From positions 248,001 to 312,000 of the forward strand of contig JAWMAR010001182.1 in NCBI GenBank assembly GCA_036785375.1: a stretch of 64,000 nucleotides of DNA. Reading direction: 5' to 3'. This document shows, one piece after another, positions 25,572 to 38,206 of the stretch. The position numbers and the translations under genes were made by a program. The notes below the pieces were generated by a model that searched no databases, was not told the DNA's origin, and saw only the letters and a program-made list of their open reading frames with translations. Position 1 is the stretch's first letter, and each line of letters starts with the position of its first letter. The DNA is from Leucoraja ocellata (Eukaryota).

Positions 25572-26173
25572 CCTGCAGTTCTACTGCAGTTGTACAGGGG
25601 CTTGGTGAGACCACACCTGGAGCATTGCGTACAGTTTTGGTCTCCAAACCTGAGGAAGGACATTATTGCCATAGAGGGAGTGCAGAGAAGGTTCATCAAA
25701 CTGATTCCTGGGATGTCATGACTGTCTTATGAAGAAAGACTGGATAGAGTTGGTTTATACTCTCTAGAATTTATGAGATTGAGAGGGGATCTTATAGAAA
25801 CTTACACAATTATTAAGGGGTTGGACAGGCTAGATGCAGGAATATTGTTCCCGATGTTGGGGAAGTCCAGGACGAGGGGTCACAGCTTAAGGATAAGGAG
25901 GAAACCCCTTAAAACCGAGATGAGAAGAACTTATTTCACACAGAGAGTGGTGAATCTCTGGAACTCTCTGCCACAGAGGGTAGTCGAGGCCAGTTCATTG
26001 GCTATATTTAAGAGGGGATTAGATGTGGCCCTTGTGGCTAAGGGGATCAGAGGGTATGGAAAGAAGGCAGGTACGGGATACTGAGTTGGATGATCAGCCA
26101 TGATCATATTGAATGGCGGTGCAGGCTCGAAGGGCCGAATGGCCTACTCCTGCACCTAATTTCTATGTTTCTA
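25572..26173 (+). mobile_element. CR1/HER1 LINE 3' fragment
   Basis: ORF2 C-terminus plus tail. Confidence 0.9.
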
Positions 26174-26695
26174 TCTTCTGCCTTCTCCGCAATGTCATAA
26201 CCTCTGACGCCTCGACTAATTAAAAATCAGGCAGGAGAATGCGGTTTGGAGGGCGAGGTAGATCAGCCACGATCGATTGGCAGGGTCGATTTGATGGGCC
26301 GAATGGCCTAATTCTAGTCCTATCCGTATAACTTATGAACTTAAGAAGAGGTTGTAGGGAAATCTTCACGGAATAGAACTGGCGTCATTGCTACGAGATT
26401 CGACAAGGATCGCTAGGCCGAACAGACTCCCACCATATGATATGCGAGGAAGGCAGTATTTGAAGAAGTATATTATACGTGGAAGCACCGAAGTTATCGG
26501 AAAGAAAAACAAACACAAAATGCTGGAGTATCAGTCAGACAGGCACCATTTATGCAGAATATGGATAGGGGACATTTCATGTAGCGACATTTGTTCAGAC
26601 ATCAGTATACCGTGGAGACTTTTGAAGGGTATATTTGTGTTTTGGCTCCTACGGCTGAAGGCATGGTCTTTGGTAACAAAGTAAGGCAGGTATAT

Positions 26696-26912
26696 TAATA
26701 ATAATAATCTTATTTATATAGCACATTTTTAGTCAACTTCCATTGACCCCAAAGTGCTTCACATAATTACATTACATTTACACACAGGCAAAGGTGGGTG
26801 AAGTGTCTTGTCCCAAGGACACAACGACAGTATGCACTCTAAGCGGGATTCGAACCGGCTACCTTCCGGTCACCAGCCGAACACTTAGCCCATTGCGCCA
26901 TCTGACGTCCCG
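26696..26912 (-). mobile_element. tRNA-derived CORE-type SINE
   Basis: Near-identical to 18053-18268. Confidence 0.8.
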
Positions 26913-26959
26913 TATAGGTAACTGAAGGTACATATGGGGGGGGGGGGGGGGGGGGGAGG

Positions 26960-27520
26960 GGGGCTGAAGAATGGGAGGAGGCAGCCCGAGGGCTGAGGGA
27001 GGGGAGGAGACAGCCAGGGCTAACAACATTGGGAGAATTCAATGTTCGTGCCCCCAGAATGCAGACTCCCCAAGCGGAATATGAGGTGCTGTTCCCCCAA
27101 TTTGCGGTGTTGTTCGCTCTGGCCATGGAGGAGACCCAGGACAGAGAGGTCGGATGCGGAAGGGGAGAGGGGCTTGATGTGCTGAGCCACCGTGAGGTCA
27201 GGTTGGTTATTGGGTAGTCTGCACCCTGCGGGCATGAACATTGAATTCTCCCAATGTCGTTAGCCATTGCTGTCTCCTCCCTTTCCTCAGCCCTCGGACT
27301 GTCTCCTCCCATCCCTCAGCCCTCGGGTTCCTCCTCCTCATTTGTCCTATATTCTCCCCCCCCACCCCCCCCCCCCCCCCCCCCACCAGTCTGAAGAAGG
27401 GTTTCGGCCAGAAGCGTTGCCTGTTTCCTTCGCTCCATAGATGCTGCCGCACCCGCTGAGTTTCTCCAGCATTTTTGAGTACCTTCGATTTTGCAGCATC
27501 TGCAGTTCCTTCTTAAACAC
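26960..27520. mobile_element. Penelope-like element end with inverted pseudo-LTR
   Basis: Minus strand SPSASDLSVLGLLHGQSEQHRKLGEQHLIFRLGSLHSGGTNIEF resembles the GIY-YIG C-terminus. 26970-27060 is inverted at 27225-27315 and followed by the hairpin/HHR unit. Confidence 0.8.
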
Positions 27521-27779
27521 AGGTATAGTTATCAGTGGGCTTACATGGTAAATACATTGGCTGCCGTGCAGGGAACGGAAAATGCAGCACATCGATTCCA
27601 ACCCCTACCCAAGGGTCCATTGCACCACGCAGCTAATTCTGCATGGCCACAATTGAAGTAACCACCTATCCCCGCCCATCAAAAGAGAAATGAATGGATA
27701 TAAGCAAGTGACTTGCGAATTGTGTTACCAATCGTGGAGAGAATCCTTTGCATCTTGAGTTGCTTTTTTTAGATAAGAG

Positions 27780-28328
27780 TTTTGGTCTCCAAATCTGAGG
27801 AAGGACATTATTGCCATAGAGGGAGTGCAGAGAAGGTACACCAGACTGATTCCTGGGATGTCAGGACTGTCATGAAGAAAGACTGGATAGACTTGGTTTA
27901 TACTCTCTAGAATTTAGGAGATTGAGAGGGGATCTTATAGAAACGTACACACGTCTTAAGGGGTTGGACAGGCTAGATGCAGGAAGATTGCTCCCGATGT
28001 TGGGGAAGTCCAGGACAAGGGGTCACAGCTTAAGGATAAGGGGGACATTCTTTAAAACCGAAATGAGAAGAACTTTTTTTCACACAGAGAGTGGTGAATC
28101 TCTGGAACTCTCTGCCACAGAAGGTAGTCGAGGCCAGTTCATTGGCTATATTTAAGAGGGAGTTAGATGTGGCCCTTGAGGCTAAGGGGATCAGAGGGTA
28201 TGGAGAGAAGGCAGGTACGGGATACTGAGTTGGATGATCAGCCATGATCATATTGAATGGCGGTGCAGGTTCGAAGGGCCGAATGGCCTCTACTCCTGCA
28301 CCTAATTTATATGTGTCTATGTTTCTAT
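27780..28328 (+). mobile_element. CR1/HER1 LINE 3' fragment
   Basis: ORF2 C-terminus plus tail. Confidence 0.9.
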
Positions 28329-28453
28329 GAGTTATTACGTGAGCCAAAGATAGACACAAAAAGCTGGAGTAACTCAGCGGAACAGGCAGCATCTCTGGAG
28401 AGAAGGAACGGTTGACCTTTCGGGTCGAGACCCTTCTTCTGACATGCAACGAA

Positions 28454-29367
28454 TCACTGACAGACTTTAGCTCGGATGGGTTTCGTCGATTTTGTAATGA
28501 GAATGCATGGGAGTTTGAATGCCTGGAGCAGTTGTTTTCTGAACTTCCTCTGGGTTATGGTGTAAATAGCCGTGTTTGTGCAGGTGCTGAACAGCTGGAG
28601 TAGAATAGCAACTTTGTGGAGCAATGGGAAACTGTTACTCGACGATACGCGATGAGGTGATGGTATAATATGATTGTAAATAAAATCTGCGATTGTTGTC
28701 GCCCAGAGGAGGATAAAACTAGTAGTGATTGCAAGGAGTAAAATAATGGACTGCCTGCGGTTCGCTGTCTCCGGGTCCGCGCTGCTCAGTTCCCGGAGGT
28801 TCCTGCGGATCCAAATGGCCTGTAAAATGCATCTGATAGTGAGGGTGTTAAAGGAGAAAATCATACAGAACGGAATGCCTGGGGTTAACAATTGGTCGGC
28901 CACAGAAAACGCCACCCATCCGGTCAGAGTATAAACATGCGGCGAACGGAGGCAGCCTTGTTGACCAACGGAAGATGTTAAATACCCGATGTACGCGAAG
29001 GGCCATGGGATGTTCTTTACAGAGAAGAGCGCGGTCAATGTCCCTACAACCACCACCGCGGTTCTCCCGGTGCAGTACCTGGTTCTCATATTCAGGGTGG
29101 AAATGGCTACAAAGCGGTCAAACGTGAACGCCACGGTAAACCAGACGGAACAGTCTACAGCCACGGCCGCCATGAAGATAATGGACTTGCACACCGGAGT
29201 GTAGAACAAGAATGTGTGCCTCCAATAGATTCCGGCAACCAGCTCTAACAGCACCTTGCCTATGATCGTCGAGAGGTCCGCCGTAGCCATGGCCACCAGG
29301 TAACGGGTGATGCATTTGGAGAGGCCGCACTTTCCACGACACAGGATCACAATGGTAACCAGGTTCA
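28454..29367 (-). CDS. GPR139-like GPCR gene 3, exon 2 (intact 7TM)
   Basis: Acceptor ttctcccAG|TG AAC CTG; open frame (V)NLVTIVILCRGKCGLSKCITRYL...FTFDRF...LLWAT...STCTNTAIY. Confidence 0.93.
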
Positions 29368-29747
29368 CTGGGAGAAAAGAAAAAAAATAATGACGTTCAA
29401 TTGCATGATAAATTTATGACATAAAATGAGCTGTGGAAGTGTATTGTACAATTACACTGTTGCCTTTTTAGCCGTATCGGTGGCCCCCTGTCAATGGCCC
29501 CATTGGCTCGGCTATGCGCCTGATCCCACAGCCAAACATGCTTCATCTCAACAACTCGTTCACCGACGTCTCTGACGTGAGGAAGTACGGCATACCTGCT
29601 AAAGTTCTGATGCAGTTGTGCAATTCGTCGGCGAGAAATCACCCGGAGAACTACGGGGAGGATGCCATTAGCGTTGGAAAAAGTGCGAAGGTGATTTCCC
29701 AATATCTTACTGGAACTGCGGTCTTGAATGGTAGCGAGAGGTCGGTT

Positions 29748-30357
29748 AAGGAGCAGGGAGGTTCTACTGCAGTTGTACAGGGCCTTGGTGAGACCACACC
29801 TGGAGTATTGCGTACAGTTTATGGTCTCCTTATCTGAGGAAGGACATTCTTGCCATATAGGGAGTACAGAGAAGGTTCAGCTGACTGATTCCTGGGATGT
29901 CAGGACTTTCATATGAAGATAGACTGGATAGACTCGGCTTGTACTCGCTAGAATTTAGAAGATTGAGGAGGGATCTTATAGAAACGTACCACATTCTTAA
30001 GCGGTTGGACAGGCTAGATGCAGGAAGATTGGTCCCGATGTTGGGGAAGTCCAGAACAAGGGGTCACAGTATATGCGTAAGGGGGAAGGCTTTTAGTACC
30101 GAGATGAGAAAAACATTTTTCACACATAGAGCGGCGAATCTGTGGAAATCTCTGCCACAGAAGGTAGTTGGTAGTTGTGGGCAGTTCATTGGCTATATTT
30201 AGGAGGGAGTTAGATGCGGCCCTTGTGGCTAAATGAGAGAAGGCAGGCACAGGATACTGAGTTGGATGATCAGCCATGATCTTATTGAATGGCGGTGCAC
30301 TCTCGAAGGGCCAAATGGCCTACTCCTGCACCTATTTTCTCTTTCTATTTTTCTATG
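29748..30357 (+). mobile_element. CR1/HER1 LINE 3' fragment (intron of gene 3)
   Basis: ORF2 C-terminus plus tail. Confidence 0.9.
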
Positions 30358-31811
30358 TCAGAGAGTCTTGCCTTGGCACCCAGCACAGGCGACTATATGC
30401 GTGCCAGTCACAGAAGCAGATCTAGAAACATATATTACAATCGTTCTACACTCGTAAATCTCAATTCCTACAGTAACATGTCTTACTTTAACTATGATAT
30501 CTATACACTGTAAATGGATCGATTGTAATTCAATATCGTATTTCTGTTGACTGGTTAGTACGCAGCAACAATGCTTTCACTATATCTCAGTGCACGTGAC
30601 AATAAATTAAACTGGTTAACCCGATAAACCTGAATTGTATGCAACTTAGGATATAGAACACTACAGCAAAGGAACAGACTCTTCGTCCCACACAATACGT
30701 GGCGAACATAAACTAATCACAAATGCCCTCGCATGATCTATGAACCACGAATCAATACATATACATGTGCCTATCTAAAAGCTATTGAACCTCGACCATT
30801 ATAGCTACCCTTACCAGTCCCAGGTCCAACTACCCACGATGGAAAATCTTGCCCCTCTCGTTTTAAACTTTTTGAGCTCTAGTCTTTGACATTAAAATCC
30901 TGACGAAAACGTTCTGATCGTCTGGCTAGGAGGAGCAATTCCCTCGGAACTGCCACTTCTCAACTCAGTGAGACACAGCACAACAGGAATACGGCATTTG
31001 CCGGTCATTTGCCGGTGCATTCGCTGATCTGGCGGGATATAGCCGATCTTTTTCCCGTTACTGAAAAAAAACACATGGAAAGCTCAGGGAGATGATGCCA
31101 GCAATTGAACGTGGCGCGGCACATACATGCAAAGCATGCGCTCTGCCACTGAGCTAGAATCCCGATCTGAAGTTAGAGCTAATCTTTCAAAAGCTGGTAG
31201 CTCTTCTCGAGCAAGAAAAACAAGAACCAATTTTAAGGGTTTCGGCCCGAAACGTTGCCCATTTCCTTCGCTCCATAGATGCTGCTGCACCCGCTGAGTT
31301 TCCCCAGCATTTTTGTCTACCTATAATTACATTCATGTTCCTTATATCCGACCAAAGACCCGCATCACGCTGGCCACGCTCTCCTACCATCTGTAATAAA
31401 TTGCAGGAGTAATAAAACCGGTGCAATTCGCTTCAAGAATTGAAAGTCCATCAGGCTTTTGATCACTATATTTTTGAACTAGGATTTGTGTTTTTAGTTT
31501 ATTGAATATTCTCTGTATATTTTGCCAACAGGCATGTAATGCTGCTGCGAGTGAGAATTTCATTGTTCGCTTGTAGGTACATTTGACATGCAAACACTCA
31601 TGGAGCATTGACTCTTAAATCTTGACCTAAGACGAGACGGTAAACGAACATCTCCGTGGTTTTACTCCCACCAGGCACCAAGCAACAGGTTGAAGATTTG
31701 TTTTGCAGCATTTTTCATTGTCTTTAATATTTTCCCGTAACCGGCATGAAACATAAGAAACAACCTCGAACCGTATGTGAATTCGCGTCACACAAGCCAC
31801 CCCTGACCTAC

Positions 31812-31875
31812 CTGGTACTCCAATTGCAGCCAGAATTGGATAATAATAGAATTCCATGCGCCGTATCCGCCACAT
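31812..31875 (-). CDS. GPR139-like GPCR gene 3, exon 1
   Basis: MWRIRRMEFYYYPILAAIGVP + G|GTAGGT phase-1 donor; TATAAATA on the minus strand at ~31969-31976. Confidence 0.9.
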
Positions 31876-32659
31876 GTTTCAGATTTCCGTCTTCTTGGTC
31901 GTAACTGTGGTCTATCCTGTACGTAACTGGACGCGGGCAGATCATGAGCCAAGTGAAACACGCTGGTGTATTTATACTCTAAATAATACACAGTAGAATT
32001 AAATGGAAAATTAGACCACTTCCCCCGAGCATCGCGAATGAGTCTTGGCAAAAACAATATTTCGTTCCCCAGTGATGGTGAGCAATCAATGTAAGGTCCT
32101 CTGCACATTACGCGTACACCAGCTGAGCACTTTCTGCAACAAAATATGAAACAGTTACAATTTACATTATGGTGATATATAAGACCGCAGGTGCTGACAT
32201 TTGAGGAAAACACAAAATGGTTGTCAACCACTTTCGACCATTAGGGAGACTGACAAATACCTCCAGGAACCGCACGGAAACCTTGCGTGGGGCACAACGT
32301 ATCAGAGGGTTTTGGTCAGGTTTCCTAAGTGGGACAGGGGCACACGGGAAGGGTGGTGAGGGGAGGTATTGTTTTCTGCCACCGACCAGAGGTTTCCGCA
32401 GGGTCCGAGTGAAGTTAGCCACTTTTCACGTTACTTATTTAGTTTTCTGGATGTTGGTATTGAAACAACTCGCGTCGTTTGAAGCTTGCTTTGTTTCTCG
32501 GGTTCACCAGGATGCAGTGGCTGATAAGTACATCCGAGGTTTCTCAGGTTTCCTGTCAATGTGTGTATGAGCACCGGTCGGCGCTCTCCACATGGCGGCC
32601 ACATTGGGCCCTTGAACCCATGCGAGACCCAGAAAGGAGAGGAAAGGCTCACCGCAGGC

Positions 32660-32698
32660 AGTTTTTGCATTACGAAGAGACTGCTTTCGATCATTGTG
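32660..32698 (-). promoter_or_regulatory. 23-RSS of V2
   Basis: CACAATG + 23 nt + GCAAAAACT. Confidence 0.9.
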
Positions 32699-33010
32699 GA
32701 ACTCAGGGCGCAGTAATACACAGCTGAGTCTGTCAGCTGGAGACCCCAAATAGTTAAATGCACAATCGAAGTCGCAGTCTGGAGATCCGCAGAGAAACGG
32801 TTCTCTAATATGTCTCCCCGTTCTTCCTGTTGGTCCCAAGACTGTTTCAGCACGATCATCTCAGGATTCTCCGCCGCAATTTGGCGGTACCAATATAAAC
32901 AATAGGCGGAATGCTGTAGTATTGTAGGTACAGGTTAGTTTCACCAAATCATCTTTTCTCTGTCTCAGTGAAGACTGGCTCTGAGTGATCGGAATCCCCA
33001 GCGCCCTGCC
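32699..33010 (-). pseudogene. TCR alpha/delta-type V segment V2, V exon (two +1 indels; pseudogene or assembly error)
   Basis: GQGAGDS/ITQSQSSLRQRKDDLVKLTCTYNTTA/SAYCLYWYRQIAAENPEMIVLKQSWD...RFSADLQTATSIVHLTIWGLQLTDSAVYYCALS. Confidence 0.92.
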
Positions 33011-33182
33011 CTGTGAAATGGATTCCGGGTCAAAAAACGGCCGTTAGACGGTGGAAGGGAACAAATGGAACGTTTCGACAAACACACTTTTACACAACAT
33101 TGTATTAGAATGCATCAGTTGCGAAGGGCTACATGGAACAAAGAAACGGACACCACAGTAACAAGCCGGTCTGCCCACAATC

Positions 33183-33498
33183 TTCCAGAACAAGGGGTCA
33201 CAGTTTAAGGATAAGGGGGAAATCTTTGAGGACTGAGATGAGAAAAATATTTTTCACACAGCGAGTGGTGAATCTATGAATTTTCTGCCACAGATTGTAG
33301 TTGAGGCCAGTTCATTGGCTATATTTAAGAGGGAGTTAGATGTGGCCCTTGTGGCTAAAGGAATCAGGGGGTATGGAGAGAAGGCAGGTACAGGATACTG
33401 AGTTGGATGATCAGCCATGATCATATTGAATGGCGGTGCAGGCTCGAAGGGCCGAAAGGCCTACTCCTGCCACCTATTTTCTATGTTTATATGTTTCT
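33183..33498 (+). mobile_element. CR1/HER1 3' fragment in V2 intron
   Basis: Family tail; apparent TSD ACAATCT. Confidence 0.88.
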
Positions 33499-34138
33499 AC
33501 AATCTCTGTGCCAAACATGATGCCAAGATGAACTAAACGTATCTCCTCCTGCACATTGCCGATATCTCTCCTGATCGTGTATATCCTTGTGTTTATCTAA
33601 AAGCCTCTTAAAAGGCCACTGTCATATCGGTTCTATCACCATGTTCGGCAGCATGTCCCAGGCATTACCGCTCTCTCCGTAAATAACTCGCACGTTTCGT
33701 TCGATGTTTTGCCCATTTCACCTTTAAGTTAGGCCATCTACTCTCTAATATTTCCACCTTAAGAAACACAAAACCTTTCACTTTGCCGTCAGAATATTCA
33801 CTTTCACCGCAGTTCATGTACATCCACCAGGTCTCAGCCTCTAACAATCCACGGAAAACAAGCCAACTCTGCCCCGACTCTTCTGAAAGCTAGCACCCTC
33901 TAATGCAAGTAGTATTCTGGCAATGAAGCTGGCGACACTCTATCTTCGGTTTAAACCAGCATCTGCAGATCCTTCCTGGTAACCCTAGTATGCATCCTAT
34001 CCAAAATCTTCATGCTCTTCCTTAAATAAGACGGTGGGATCTGTAAGCAACGCTACACATGCGCCTAACCAATGTCCTTTAACGCTGCACCGCCATAGAT
34101 GTTTCTACACTGTGTCCATTTTCTACAATGTTTCCATG

Positions 34139-34649
34139 GGAAGGACATCCTTGTGATTGAGGCAGTGCAGCGTAGGTTCACGAGATTGATCCCTGGGATG
34201 GCGGGACTGTCATATGAGGAAGGATTGAAAAGACTAGGCTTGTATTCACTGGAGTTTAGAAGGGTGAGGGGGTTTCTTCTAGAAAATCATACAATTATAA
34301 AAGGACTGGACAAGCTAAATGCAGGAAAAATAGTCCCTATGTTGGGCGAGTCCAGAACCAGGGGCCGCAGTCTCAGAATAAAGGGGAGGCCATTTAAGAC
34401 TGAGGTGAGAAAAACAGAGAGTTGTGAATTTATGGAATTCCCTGCCACAGAGGGCAGTGGAGGCCAAGTCACTGGATGGATTTAAGAGAGAGTTAGATAG
34501 AGTTCTAGGGGCTAGTGGAATCAAGGGATACGGGAGAAGGCAGGCACGGGTTATTGATAGGGGACGATCAGCCATGATCACAATGAATGGCGGTGCTGGG
34601 TCGAAGGGCCGAATGACCTCCTCCTGCACCCAATTTCTATGTTTCTATG
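34139..34649 (+). mobile_element. CR1 LINE 3' fragment in V2 intron
   Basis: KDILVIEAVQRRFTRLIPGM... plus tail. Confidence 0.9.
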
Positions 34650-35016
34650 TTGCTATGGTTCACATCACACATTGGTTGTCATGGGGATTGGAGCCAGCAA
34701 AGTCTCGGTACACGACCATGGCAGACAGCAGATTGAAGTATCTGCTACGAATAAAACACAATGTCGCACATGTTAACCCTCCTGCCATAACTCATCTTCC
34801 AGACTGGAGTGCCCAGCAAGTACAGACTGCTGAAAACAGACTGCACTCGAGGCTTCCAGGGCGGTTAGGAGCCACATTCGCCAGGTCGATTGTGAACACT
34901 AATCCCTGACCCCTCGGAAATTTCACGAACATTGTGAATATTAAAGACAATCTCAAGAACACGTGGATAACAAAATTATCTTCCGTTCACGTCACGGTTG
35001 GCTTGAAGGTACTTAC

Positions 35017-35059
35017 CTAATAAGCATGAACTGAAGATGAAAGTAAGCAGCATGTCCAT
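35017..35059 (-). CDS. Leader exon of V2
   Basis: MDMLLTFIFSSCLL + G|GTAAGT, 43 bp, phase 1. Confidence 0.85.
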
Positions 35060-36464
35060 CTTTCCTTTAAGGGAGCAGACAGCTGGCTTGGCCGAAAGTT
35101 GCGTCCTGCACTGCTCTGATCGAATTGGAGCTGCGCTGATACAACTTCGACAGTAGGTTGACACGCCAGCGCCTCTACTTCCATAGAGGTTTTAAGAGAT
35201 CCTGCATTCACCGAATCTCCCACTAAATATCGACGCACTGCAGAAACTATCCTGACTGCTTACTCATATGGCATTTCTAACGCACAGAAACGCAATAAAC
35301 TACATAGGGATGGAATCAACACACTTCGTCTCAGGCAAGTAATTCCTTCTCCCCATCTACGTCGCCCCAACAGCCATCCGGGCGTGCCCATTTCTAGACT
35401 CTGAAACGCGACACTCCCCACGACCCTACCATTCGCCGGGGATGTCCTGCCGTGTTTGACTTCCCAAAATGCAACACCTCTCACTTATCATCATTAAAAT
35501 TCATCAACCATTGCTCTGCCTATTTGTTGAACTCCTTCTGCAGTTGTACAGGGCCCTAGTGAGACCACACCTGCAATATTATTGTGTGCTGTTCTGTTCC
35601 CCTAATTTGAGGAAGGACATTCGTGCCATTGAGGAAGCAGCGTAGGTTTGCAAGGTTATTTCCCGGGATGGCGGGACTGTTATATGCTGAGAGAATGGAG
35701 CAGCTGGGCTTGTACACTCTGCAGTTTCGAAGGATGAGTCCGCGGGAAGTGCGCACGTCAGTACGGCCTCAATGCGGCTGCGGGCCGGCGGGCAGTTGCC
35801 GCGCGGAATCTTTGTACAAGGTCAGTTTTTCGGAGCCCAGCGCGATGTCGGGACCAGCTCCGCACAACTCATACGGCTCCGGCGATCGAAGTGGGACCAG
35901 CCCCGCGTGGCCGTACGGCTCAAGCGACCACGTTAGGTCGCGCTTGCCGCATGGGGTCGCATGCACGTGGGACAGCCTTAAGTCGCCCACTCCGCATAGT
36001 CAGAAAACAACGAACAATCAGCGATGAGAGGGATTTCATGAAGCATTAATACTATGCAGTTCATGGCTGCCTCATTTTAAAGTAACGATGTATTTCATTC
36101 TGGCACAGGGCAGTGGAAGCTTGATTGATCTCACGTCTAATTTCATATAGAAGAACAATGATATAAACACCATCAGCATTGAATGAACTAGATCATTGAT
36201 GATCATCCGAATTCAGACCTCATTTCCTGCTTCTTCCACATACCCCTTGATCTCGTTTTGCACAAGAAATTCGACCAATTCCATCGTGAATATAGTGAAA
36301 GGCATTTTGTTCTCGTTTCAACTCAATCCGTCTGGCTCCTATCCAAGGAATGACCCTTAGAAAGTTCTCGATCAGAAACGTCACCCATTCCTTCTCTCAA
36401 GAGACGCTGCCTGTCCCGTTGAGTTATTGCAGCATTTTGTGTCTAGCTTCGGTTTAAACCAGCA

Positions 36465-36832
36465 TAGAAACATAGAAACATAGAAATTAGGTGCAGGAGT
36501 AGGCCATTCGACCCCTCCAGCCTGCACCGCCATTCAATATGATCATGGCTGATCATCCAACTCAGTATCCCGTGCCTGCCTTCTCTCCATACCCTCTGAT
36601 CCCCTTAGCCACAAGGGCCACATCTAACTCCCTCTTAAATATAGCCAATGAACTGGCCTCGACTACCCTCTGCGGCAGAGAGTTCCAGAGATTCACCACT
36701 CTCTGCGTGAAAAACGTTCTTCTCATCTCGGTTAAAATGATTTCCCCCTTATCCTTAAGCTGGGACCCCTTGTCGTGGACTTCCCCCACATCGGGAGCAA
36801 TCTTCCTGCATCTAGCCTGTCCAACCCCTTAA
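36465..36832 (-). mobile_element. CR1/HER1 3' fragment nested in a Penelope-derived element
   Basis: Family tail; AGCAT is repeated at both junctions. Confidence 0.88.
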
Positions 36833-37858
36833 GCATCTGCAGTTCTTTGCTGCACATTTTGTCCCCGACACAATCTGGGCTCGAGTCCAACGTTGCATTG
36901 CAAACGATATTTCCCCGCTTAACTGAACGGAAACACCTGCGGATTCTGTGCAGAGATTAACGAGCGACCTCCTGTGGCTGATCGGAGATAGTGACTGCTA
37001 ACCCAAGGCTCCAATACCTTGCAAGATGCTGATATCTTCTACTGGCAACGCGCGCAGCAATTGAATACTTACAGCTAGTTCCGATTTAAACTTTAATTGC
37101 TAAAGCGCAACAAACTGCTGGCGAAACATAGCGACTTGGTGGCATCTCTGGAGAACATGGATGGGTTATGCCTTAGCTCCAGCAGCAATATAGATTGCAT
37201 ATGATCATATGATACATGCACAACCCTGCCCCAGAATGCTATACATAGATATAAGAATTACGGAATATCAGCAGTTTGAATGCATCGGGTAATACGCGCA
37301 GAGATAGGTCCCAAGAAACTAAAGTTTAACAAGGTCACAAGAGATAGGAGCAGAATTAGGCCATTCGGTCCATCACGTTTACTTCGCCATTCAACCAGGA
37401 TATATCTCTCCCTCCTAACCCCATTCTCCTGCCGCGCAGGAAACGGTTGAACAAGATAAGAGCCACTTGTATTGGAAGCTAGATACTAGTATCGATATTT
37501 GTTCGGTTGACTGACAGGAGGCAGAGTGAAGAAAGGGGGAGTGGGGGAGGGAGGGAGGGGGGGGGGGGGCTATGTTAATGCCACTGACCAGAGATTTCCG
37601 CAGCGTCGGACTTGAATGAGCAATTTTACACTTTATATTTTATTGTCTAGATCATGGAATTGAAACAAATCGCGTCGTTTGAAGTTTGCTTAGTTTCTTT
37701 GGTTCACCAGGATGCGGTGGCTGACAAGTATATCCGAGGTTTCCTGCCTGTGTGTGTGTGTGGCTGCGCACCTATTGGCGCTCTGCACATGGCTGCCCCA
37801 ATTGAGCTCTTGAACCCCTGGGAAACACAGACAATGACAAGAAAGGCTCACCACAGGC

Positions 37859-37897
37859 GGTTATTGCACTGCGCAGAGACTGCTTCCAATCACTGTG
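37859..37897 (-). promoter_or_regulatory. 23-RSS of V3
   Basis: Perfect heptamer CACAGTG + 23 nt + GCAATAACC. Confidence 0.92.
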
Positions 37898-38206
37898 GAA
37901 CTCAGGGCGCAGTAATACACTGCAGAGTCTGTCAGCTGGAGGCCCCAGATAGTTAAATGGACAAATGAAGTCGCTGTCTGGAGATCCATGGAGAACCGTT
38001 TCTCTAATATGTCTCCCGATGTTTCCCGATGGTCCCAAGATCGTATCATCACGATAAACTCAGGATTTTCCTCGGCAATTTGTCGATACCAATATAACAA
38101 TACGTGGATGCTGCAGTATTGTAGGTGCAGGTTAGTTTCACCAATTCACCTTTTCCGTGTCTCAGTAAAGACTCGGTCTGAGTGATCGAATCCCCGGCGC
38201 CCTGTC
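37898..38206 (-). pseudogene. TCR alpha/delta-type V segment V3, V exon (single 1-bp deletion; possibly functional if an assembly error)
   Basis: QGAGDSITQTESLLRHGKGELVKLTCTYNTAASTYC/LYWYRQIAEENPEFIVMIRSWD...RFSMDLQTATSFVHLTIWGLQLTDSAVYYCALS; paralog of V2. Confidence 0.92.

Noticed and set aside
32645-32660. GTGAGC splice-donor-like site just past the V2 and V3 nonamers, suggesting a V-GPCR fusion protein
   Set aside because: The donor is phase 0 in the V frame while GPCR exon 2 needs phase 1, and V3 has a stop codon within its RSS.
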